Positions 1-7,934 of a stretch of 11,177 nt of DNA are shown one piece after another. Origin of the DNA: Octopus sinensis (Eukaryota); NCBI RefSeq assembly GCF_006345805.1, contig NW_021827065.1, forward strand, positions 1-11,177, given 5' to 3'. Within the stretch, counting starts at the first letter, position 1. Each line of letters opens with the position of its first letter. The position numbers and the translations under genes are program-made. The notes beneath the pieces are model-generated. The model made no database searches, had not been told where the DNA came from, and saw only the letters and a list, made by a program, of their open reading frames with translations.

Positions 1-541
1 TTAGCTGTGCTGAGACACAATCATATTCATTGTAATGAAGGCTATTTGTTCTTTACTCAGATTATATACATCTATATTATATCTAGTATTGCACCGTCAA
101 GCACAGTGCCATTGTATCACATGTACCCCAATTATCATGATAATTAATAAGCTATAATCATTAACTCTCTTACATTTTATGTCTGAAATGTAAACTTATT
201 TTGTCATAGGAACATCGTGTACCCTCACCTAACATTTTATATCTTGTTAGGGATCATGGTGGGGAAGAGTGTATGGTTTCAAGGTTGTTGGGGATGTTTT
301 CTTAGGGGACAGATTGTGTGCGGGGTGGAGGGTATGCACATAAAGAACATGTCTTTATGGGCTCAGTTTTACTTAATTAGAGAGAAATGTTGATTAGTGA
401 ATTCTAGAGATGAGAGGACTGTGCCATGCCATAGAGTTGGCACAGTTATAAGAAAAGAAAGACAAAGCTAAGAGGAAACTCTTATCAAGTGTTAATTAAA
501 TGAGATAATTGGTACATTGTTAGAATATTTAATGTGTTTCT

Positions 542-565
542 AGAGAGAGAGAGAGAGAGGGAGAG
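542..565. repeat. (GA)n microsatellite, unit 1
   Basis: Direct reading. Homologous variable-length tracts lie at ~2623-2645, 5101-5151, 6108-6158, 8599-8626 and 9517-9534. Confidence 0.95.
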
Positions 566-783
566 GGTGGATTTAGGAATGTTATTTGGTTTATTAGGGA
601 CATATTGAGCTATTACATGGGACCACTGTAGAAAGTACAGAAATATTGACCAAGACCATAATGGTCAACATTTGACCATTAACGACAGGAATTGAATGTC
701 TCACAATAACAAGATAGAGTTAATAAAAATAAAGATAAAGAAAGTTTCTTTTTAAATGTAAAACTTGGAAATATTTATTTCAG

Positions 784-860
784 AGGCTCCAAAGTGTGAG
801 GACAGGTGTGTAACACAGAGGCTACATGTCAGGAATTAGGGGCTACATCTCAGGCAATTG
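784..860 (+). pseudogene. 77-nt frameshifted copy of the candidate exon (or a sequencing error)
   Basis: Splice sites are intact, but there is a net 1-nt loss in GTGTAACACAGAG versus GTGTACAAACAGAG. Confidence 0.35.
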
Positions 861-1288
861 GTGAGTATAAAAAATAGTTTCCCAATGATTTCTGTAAGGT
901 TTTCTTCCCCCGAATATATTGGGCTCGAAAGAATAACTGAAAACAGCTTCCATTCCTACTTTCCAATTGAAAGATTATCTGTATAATATTGAATAAAGAT
1001 ATCGATTTACTGTGAGTTTATGAAATACCCATTGAGGTTAATGCTGTTGGTAATAATGTTCAAATTAGAAGACACAATAGAGTTAATATTGTCATTGGTC
1101 ATGGACTCATCATCAACATCATCATCATCATCCTCCTCCTCCTCATCATCGTTTAACGTCCGTTTTTATGTAGCATGGGTCGGACGATTTCACTGGCAAG
1201 CAGTAGGCTGCGTCAGGCTCAATGTGATCTGGCAGGTTTCCACATATGTATGCCATTCCTAACGCCAACAAACTCCGAGAGTGTGGTG

Positions 1289-1492
1289 GGTGCCTTTTAC
1301 GTGCTAGTGTCACAGGAGCCAGTCGGGGTGGGGGCTGGCATTGACCACGTTCGGAAGGTGCTTTTTACGTGCCAACGGCACAGGGAACCAGTCAGGCGGC
1401 ACTGGCAACAAACAATGTTTGAATGGTACTTATTATGTGCCACCGGCACGGGTGCCAGCTTGGCGGCACTGGCATCGGCCATAATTACAATT
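1289..1492. repeat. Three 68-bp subrepeats in the LINE 3' UTR
   Basis: GGT(G/A)C(T/C)T(T/A)TTA(C/T)GTGC starts at 1289, 1357 and 1425. The same period occurs at 3386/3454/3521, 6886/6954/7022 and 10741/10809/10877; only two copies occur at 9350/9418. Confidence 0.9.
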
Positions 1493-1656
1493 TCCATTTT
1501 GATTTCGATCTTGATTTGATTTTGATTTGTGATTTCTGGTTTTTGGTTTTACTTGACTCAGAAATTCTTCTCAAGCGCAATTTATCACTCTGTGATTCAA
1601 GGGTACTTTTAAAAGGGGCTGGTTATGCAACACTGGTATAGGCTACAGCTGTGATC

Positions 1657-1962
1657 TCACTTCACTTGCCGAGTCCTCTTAATCACATCATATTTCCAGA
1701 GGTCCCTGTCACTTGCCATTACCTCTGTGAGGCCCAACATTCGAAGGTCGTTTCACCACGTCATCCCCTGTCTTCCTGGGCCACTCCTTTCCACGGGTTT
1801 CTTCCACTGTTAGGGTGTAACACTTCTTCCCACAGCACTCCTCATCCATACACATGACCATACCAGTGCAGTTGTCTCTCTTGCACACCACATCTGATGC
1901 TTTTTATGTCTAACACTTCTCTCAGGCCTCTTCACTCTGCCTTGTGTACACACTGACATCGT
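1657..1962 (-). pseudogene. Frameshifted RTE ORF2 C-terminal remnant (three frameshifts; stop at 1659-1657)
   Basis: Manual translation as above. The track ORF 1709..1891 reads only part of it in the true frame. Confidence 0.85.
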
Positions 1963-2862
1963 TGCGTTCAAATTATTTAATGAAAGATAGTCATTGTTAT
2001 TTGACCAAGAAATGAATTAATCATTAGTATTTGGCAGTGGACTTGGTTATATCTTTCTTCTTTTGCTCATGGAACTACCATAATATTAGCTGTGCTGAGA
2101 CACAATCATATTCATTGTAATGAAGGCTATATGTTCTTTACTCAGATTATATACAATCTATATTGATATCTAGTATTGCACCGTCAAGCACAGTGCCATT
2201 GTATCACGTATATAGCCAATTATCATGATAATTATAAGCTATAATTCATTAACTCTCTTACATTTGTATGTCTGAAATGTAAACTTATTTTTTCATAGGA
2301 ACATCGTGTACCCTCACCTTACATTTTATCTTGTTAGGGATCATTTGGGGAAGGGTGTATGGAATTTGGCTTGTGCAGATGTTTTTTAGGGACAGATTGT
2401 GTGCAGAGTGGAGGGTACACATAAAGGACATGTCTTTATGGGCTCAGTTTCACTTAATTAGAGAGGAATGTTGATTAGTGAATTCTAGAGATGAGAGGAC
2501 TGTGCCATGCCATAGGTTTGGCAGAGTTATAAGAAAAGAAAGACAAAGCTAAGAGAAAACTGTTATCAAGTGTTAATTAAATGAGATAATTGCAACATTG
2601 TTAGAATATATAATGTGTTTTTAGAGAAAGAGAGAGAGGCAGAGGGTGGATTTAGGAATGTTAGTCTGTTTTATTGTGGACATATTGAGCTATTACATGG
2701 GACCACTGTAGAAAGTACAGATATATTGACCAAAACAATAATGGTCAACATTTGGCCAGTAAGGTCACCAATTGAATGACTCACTATAACAAGATAGTTT
2801 AATAAAAATAAAGATATAGATATTTTATTATTAAATGTAAAACTTGGAAATATTTATTTCAG

Positions 2863-2940
2863 GGGCTCCAAAGTGTGAGGACAGGTGTGTACAAACAGAG
2901 GCTACATGTCAGGAATTAGGGGCTGCATCTCAGGCAATTG
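2863..2940 (+). CDS. Candidate 78-nt phase 1-1 internal coding exon, (G)APKCEDRCVQTEATCQELGAASQAI; product unknown
   Basis: TATTTATTTCAG acceptor and GTGAGT donor. The exon is 40/78 G+C against 7/60 in 2801-2860, and only the phase-1 frame is open. Confidence 0.5.
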
Positions 2941-3192
2941 GTGAGTATAAAATAATAGTTCCCAATTGATTTCTGTAAGGTTTTCTTCCCCCGAGTATAT
3001 TGTGCTTGAAAGAATAACTGAAAACAGCTTCCATTCCTATTTTACAATTGAACGATTATCTGTATAATAATTGAATTAAAGATATCGATTTACTGTGAGT
3101 TTATGAAATACCCATTGAGGTTAATGCTGTTGGTAATAATGTTCAAATTAGAAGACACAATAGAGTTAATTTTGTCATTTGGTCACGGAACT

Positions 3193-3783
3193 CATCATCA
3201 TCATCATCATCATCATCATTATCATCCTCCTCCTCATCATCATCGTTTAACGTCCGTTTTTATAGTAGCATGGGTCGGACGATTTCACTTGCAAGGCAGT
3301 AGGCTGCGCCAGGCTTCAATGTGATCTGGCAAGGTTTCCACATATGTATGCCATTCCTAATGCCAACCACTCCGAGAGTGTGGTGGGTGCTTTTTACGTG
3401 CCACCGACACAGGCGCCAGTCGGGGTGGGGGCTGGCATCGACCACATTCGGATGGTGCTTTCACGTGCCACCGGCACAGGGAAGTAGTCAGGCGGCAGTG
3501 ACAAGGACCTATACTTCTATGGTACTTATAACGTGACACAGGAACAGGTGCCAGTCAGGCGGCACTGGCATCGGTCACAACTACAATTTCCATTTTGATT
3601 TCGATCTTGAATTGCTTTTGATTTGTCACTTCTGTTATTGCCTGGTGGACTATGATGAAAACGAGGGGTTTAGGAATGGTCCCTAGTGAACTCTTCTTCA
3701 CTATACTCATTGCCGATCCTCACCTTACTACAGGGTCTCTTCAACTCTTATAATCGCTCGTCTATCCCTAGTTTCCGCATTAG
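3193..3783 (-). mobile_element. Internally deleted RTE LINE remnant (RT fragment fused to 3' UTR and tail), unit 2
   Basis: (CAT)n tail at 3193-3244, a 3' UTR homologous to 1150-1530, then an RT-like fragment at 3627-3783. Confidence 0.85.
3627..3783 (-). pseudogene. Reverse-transcriptase domain fragment of RTE ORF2 (decayed)
   Basis: Minus strand reads LMRKLGIDERL* ... SKVRIGNEYSEE(deletion) ... FIIVHQAITEV. It is homologous to the better preserved copy at 7128-7299. Confidence 0.75.
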
Positions 3784-4564
3784 CTGTAAAAAGGATTCTA
3801 TTAAATATTCCACTGAAATTTCATAAAATCAAGGTTAACGTGGTTGGTAAAATGGATAAATAAGAAGACATAATAGAGTTAATGATGTCTTTTAGGACAG
3901 AGAACTAAAACATTTTGTTGTTTATTTGTAAACAGGTGAGTTAACGAGAAAGATTTTGTTTCTTTTACTACTAAGGTATTTCCTAAGTTTTCTGATAGGT
4001 TATTGTTGTTGTTATTGTTATGTAGCCAGATGTCTGTCATGATATGTTGTTTAGGTACGTACCCTGAATGTCTCAGGTCAGAATAACTTTGTTATAAATT
4101 AAAGAAATTAAAAATCAAATCTCTAAGATTATAAGTATAATGATCATTAACGTTGATTAAATATTAAATTTAGTATTGAACGGTGAACATCTGTTTGCAT
4201 TTAAACAAAACATTGGTGTTGACATAAATTATAAAGATAGGAATTAAATATGAGTTCCCTGTGTGACTTGATCTCACAAATCCTTGTTTGTAACTATATA
4301 TAATATACACTTATTACATTGTTTGAACAACATTTACCATCCATATAGTCATTCTTTTTCTCACAAATGTTAGATTTTAGATGATATTAATGCTAAAAGA
4401 GGCACAGTTTTCTGAGTGTTTCACCCTTTGGTCTTGATTGTTGCGTTCCAATTATTTAATGAAAGATAGTCATTGTTATTTGACCAGGAAATGAATTAAT
4501 GATTAGTATTTGGCAGTGGACTTGATTATATCTTTCTTTGTTTGCTCATGGAACTACCATAATA

Positions 4565-5100
4565 TTAGCTGTGCTGAGACACAATTATATTCTTTGTAAT
4601 GAAGGTTATATGTTCTTTACTCAGATTATATACAATCTATACTGATATCTAGTATTGCACCGTCAAGCACAGTGCCATTGTATCACATATATACCCAATT
4701 ATCATGATAATTAATAAGCTATAATTCATTAACCTCTTACATTTGTATGTCTGAAATGTAAACTTATTTTGTCATAGGAACATCGTGTACCCTCACCTTA
4801 CATTATATCTTGTTAGGGATCATGTGGGAAAGGGTGTATGGAATTTGGCTTGTGGAGATGTTTTTAGGGGACAGATTGTGTGCGGGTTGGAGGGTATGCA
4901 TTAAAGGACATGTCTTTATGGGTGCAGTTTACTTATTAGAGAGGAATATTGATTAGTGAATTCTAGATATGAGAGGACTGTGCCATGCCATAAATTTGGC
5001 ACAGTTATAAGAAAAGAAAGACAATGCTAGAGAGAAAACTGTCATCAAGTGTTAATTAAATGAGATAATTGCAACATTGTTAGAATATTAATGTGTTTTT

Positions 5101-5135
<35 letters not shown>

Positions 5136-5564
5136 GAGAGAGAGAGGAGAGGGTGGAATTGAAATGTTAGTCTGTTTTATTGTGGACATATTGAGTTATT
5201 ACATGGGACCACTGTAGAAAGTACAGAAATATTGACCAAAACCATAATGGTCAACATTTGACCATTAATGACAGAAATTGAATGTCTCACAATAATAACA
5301 TAATATACACTTATTACATTGTTTGAACAACATTTACCATCCATATAGTCATTCTTTTTCTCACTCTTGTTAGATTTCAGATGATATTAATGCTAAAAGA
5401 GGCACAGTTTTCTGAGTGTTTCACCCTTTGGTCTTGATTGTTGCGTTCAAATTATTTAATGAAAGATAGTCATTGTTATTTGACCAGGAAATGAATTAAT
5501 CATTAGTATTTGGCAGTGGACTTGGTTATATCTTTCTTCGTTTGCTCGTGGAACTACCATAATA
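4565..5564. repeat. Array unit 3 (internally deleted, 1000 bp)
   Basis: Block B stops at ...GTCTCACAATA (~5295) and continues with TAATATACACTTATTAC (5301), the equivalent of ~4301 in unit 2. Confidence 0.92.
5101..5151. repeat. (GA)n microsatellite, unit 3
   Basis: Interrupted GA run, direct reading. Confidence 0.95.
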
Positions 5565-6107
5565 TTAGCTATGCTGAGACACAATCATATTCATTGTAAT
5601 GAAGGCTATATGTTCTTTACTCAGATTATATACAATCTATATTGATATCTAGTATTGCACTGTCAAGCACAGTGCCATTGTATCACATATATACCCAATT
5701 ATCATGATAATTAATAAGCTATAATTCATTAACTCTCTTACATTTGTATGTATGAAATGTAAACTTATTTAGACATAGGGACATCGTGTACCCTCACCTT
5801 ACATTTTATATCTTGTTAGGGATCATGGTGGGGAAGGGTGTATGGAATTTGGCTTGTGGAGATGATTTTTAGGGGACAGATTGTGTGTGGGATGGAGGGT
5901 ATGCACATAAAGGACATGTCTTTATGGGCGCAGTTTTACTTAATTAGAGGGGAATGTTGATTAGTGAATTCTAGAGATGAGAGGACTGTGCCATGCCATA
6001 GGTTTGGCACAGTTATAAGAAAAGAAAGACAAAGCTAAGAGAAAACTGTTATCAAGTTTTAATTAAATGAGATAATTGCAACATTGTTAGAATATTTAAT
6101 GTGTTTC

Positions 6108-6158
6108 TAGAGAGAGAGAGGGAGAGAGAGAGCGAGCGAGAGAGAGAGAGAGAGAGAG
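6108..6158. repeat. (GA)n microsatellite, unit 4
   Basis: GA run with GC interruptions, direct reading. Confidence 0.95.
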
Positions 6159-6385
6159 AAGTGAGGGTGGATTTAGAAATGTTAGTCTGTTTTATTGTGG
6201 ACACATTGGGCTATTACATGGGACCACTGTAGAAAGTACAGAAATATTGACCAAAACCATAATGGTCAACAGTTGACCAGTAACGACAGAAATTGAATGT
6301 CTCACAATAACAAGATAGAGTTTAATAAAAATAAAGATAAAGAAAGTTTCTTTTGAAATGTAAAACTTGGAAATATTTATTTCAG

Positions 6386-6463
6386 GTGCTCCAAAGTTTG
6401 AGGACAGGTGTGTACAAACAGAGGCTACATGTCAGGAATTAGGGGCTGCATCTCAGGCAATAG
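6386..6463 (+). CDS. Candidate 78-nt exon, unit 4 copy, (G)APKFEDRCVQTEATCQELGAASQAI
   Basis: Same splice sites and open frame, with one Cys>Phe change. Confidence 0.48.
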
Positions 6464-6714
6464 GTGAGTATAAAATAATAGTTCCCAATAGATTTCTGTA
6501 AGGTTTACTTCCCCCGAGTATATTATGCTTGAAAGAATAACTGAAAACAGCTTCCATTCCTATTTTCCAATTGAACAATTATCTGTATAATAATTGAATT
6601 AAAAATATCGATTTACTGAGAGTTTATGAAACACCCATTGAGGTTAATGCTGTTGGTAATAATGTTCAAATTAGAAGACACAATAGAGTTAATTTTGTCA
6701 TTTGGCCACAGAAC

Positions 6715-6715
<1 letters not shown>

Positions 6716-6745
<30 letters not shown>

Positions 6746-7299
6746 TTAACATCCGTTTCTTATGGAGGCATGGGTCGGACGATTTCACTGGCAAGGCAGT
6801 AGGCTGCGCCAGGCTGCAATGTGATCTGGCAAGGTTTCCACATATGTATGCCATTCCTAATGCCAACCACTCCGAGAGTGTGGTGGGTGCTTTTTACGTG
6901 CCACCGACACAGGAGCCAGTCGGGGTGGGGGCTGGCATCGACCACGTTCGGATGGTGCTTTTTACGTGCCAGCGGCACAGGGAGCTAGTCAGGCGGCAGT
7001 GAGAAGGACCTATGCTTCTATGGTACTTATAACGTGACACAGGAACAGGTGCCAGTCAGGCGGCACTGGCATCGGTCACAACTCCAATTTCCATTTTGAT
7101 TTCGATCTTGAATTGCTTTTGATTTGTCACTTCTGTTATTGCCTGGTGGACTATGATGAAAACGAGGGGTTTAGGAATGATCCCTAGTGAACTCCTACTT
7201 CTATCCGGAATTCTTCACTATACTCATTGCCGATCCTCACCTTACTACAGGGCTCTTCAACTCTTATAATCGCTCGTCAATCCCTAGTTTCCGCATTAG
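6716..7299 (-). mobile_element. Internally deleted RTE LINE remnant, unit 4
   Basis: Tail at 6716-6745, a 3' UTR with three 68-bp subrepeats, and an RT fragment at 7128-7299. Confidence 0.87.
7128..7299 (-). pseudogene. Reverse-transcriptase domain fragment of RTE ORF2 (decayed)
   Basis: Minus strand reads LMRKLGIDERL* / SKVRIGNEYSEEFRIEVGVH*GSFLNP / FIIVHQAITEV. This is the non-LTR RT region around the G(V)xQG..LSP.LF motif, with Q mutated to a stop (TAG). Confidence 0.82.
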
Positions 7300-7410
7300 C
7301 TGTAAAAAGGATTCTATTAAATATTCCACTGAAATTTCATAAAATCAAGGTTAACGTGGTTGGTAAAATGGTAAATAAGAAGACATAATAGAGTTAATGA
7401 TGTCTTTTAG

Positions 7411-7448
7411 GACAGAGAACTAAAACATTTTGTGTTATTTGTAAACAG
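7411..7448 (+). CDS. Candidate 38-nt mini-exon, (G)QRTKTFCVICKQ
   Basis: TCTTTTAG|G acceptor and CAG|GTGAGT donor; open when entered in phase 1. The unit 2 copy (3896-3935) is 40 nt, which weakens the call. Confidence 0.27.
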
Positions 7449-7892
7449 GTGAGTTAACGAGAAAGATTTTCTTTCTGTTACTACTAAGGTCTTTCCTAAG
7501 TTTTCTGATAGGTTATTGTTATTGTTGTTGTTATTGTTATGTAGCCAGATGTCTGTCATGACATGTTGTTTAGGTACCTACCCTGAATGTCTCAGGTCAG
7601 AATAACTTTGTTATAAATTAAAGAAATTAAAAATCAAATCTCTAAGATTGTAAGTATAATGATCATTAACGTTGATTAAATATTAAATTTAGTATTGAAC
7701 AGTGAACATCTGTTTGCATTTAAACAAAATATTGGTGTTGACATAAATTATAAAGATAGGAATAAAATATGAGTTCACTGTGTGACTTGATCTCACAAAT
7801 CCTTGTTTGTAACTATATATAATATACACTTATTACATTGTTTGAACAACATTTACCATCCATATAGTCATTCTTTTTCTCACTCTTGTTAG

Positions 7893-7934
7893 ATTTTAGA
7901 TGATATTAATGCTAAAAGAGGCACAGTTTTCTGA
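7893..7934 (+). CDS. Candidate terminal coding exon, ILDDINAKRGTVF*
   Basis: The pyrimidine tract TTCTTTTTCTCACTCTTGTTAG precedes it, with a second AG 7 nt downstream. Copies lie at 4374-4415 and 5374-5415. Confidence 0.22.
   Translation: MLDDINAKRGTVF

Larger units (their letters stand above)
1107..1962 (-). mobile_element. 5'-truncated, decayed RTE-clade non-LTR retrotransposon (ORF2 C-terminus, 3' UTR and (GAT)n tail)
   Basis: The minus strand translates across frameshifts to LREVLDIKSIRCGVQERQLHWYGHV / MDEECCGKKCYTLTVEETRGKEWPRKTGDDVVK / DLRMLGLTEVMASDRDLWKYDVIKRTRQVK*. This matches the RTE ORF2 C-terminal pattern (LRWYGHV..RM....K......G.R.RGRP.KTW.D.V..DL...G.....A.DR..W). A microsatellite tail lies at 1107-1150, as is typical of RTE 3' ends. 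Confidence 0.88.
1..2085. repeat. Array unit 1 (alpha type: long LINE remnant joined directly to block E)
   Basis: 1500-1720 matches 10950-11177. It lacks the ~800-bp segment found at 3626-4440 in beta units. Confidence 0.9.
2086..4564. repeat. Array unit 2 (beta type, complete, 2479 bp)
   Basis: Collinear with 5565-8082 over its whole length. Confidence 0.92.
6641..7421 (+). repeat. Diverged direct repeats flanking the LINE (6641-6715 and 7348-7421); candidate long target-site duplication
   Basis: AGGTTAATGCTGTTGGTAATAATGTTCAAATTAGAAGACACAATAGAGTTAATTTTGTCATTTGGCCACAGAACT versus AGGTTAACGTGGTTGGTAAAATGGTAAATAAGAAGACATAATAGAGTTAATGATGTCTTTTAGGACAGAGAACT, about 80% identical by hand alignment. 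The same pair occurs at 3118-3192 / 3832-3906. Confidence 0.75.

Noticed and set aside
1020-1262. ORFs starting MKYPLRL... (1020, 3103, and the end of 10127..10549) with poly-Ser or poly-His
   Set aside because: They read through the TSD arm and the variable (CAT)n tail, and the frame after the tail differs between copies. They are chance ORFs.
1325-1340. G-quadruplex at CGGGGTGGGGGCTGG
   Set aside because: There are only two long G-runs, and they are absent from the unit 6 copy.
1709-1891. Cys-rich minus-strand ORF resembling a toxin, WAP or metallothionein peptide
   Set aside because: It is better explained as a frameshifted RTE ORF2 remnant; its N-terminal Cys residues come from the wrong frame.
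2026-2050. FGSG (TTTGGCAGTGGA) resembling a TCR/Ig J segment
   Set aside because: There is no upstream RSS, no T-x-L-x-V continuation and no donor site.
3653-3780. ATGATGA as a C/D snoRNA C box
   Set aside because: There is no suitably placed CTGA D box or terminal stem, and the region is antisense RT-coding sequence.
3725-3800. Minus-strand exon (TTTTTACAG acceptor, AAG|GTGAGG donor)
   Set aside because: It has stops in all frames in at least one copy and a length that differs between units, and it falls within the LINE RT fragment.
4668-4695. V(D)J RSS-like CACAGTG + 12 nt + ATATATACC (also at 102, 2189, 5668, 8186), preceded by TAT TGC (YC)
   Set aside because: The nonamer is only 6/9 at best with the A-tract broken, there is an in-frame TAG just before YC, no V-like ORF exists, and the LINE points to an invertebrate.
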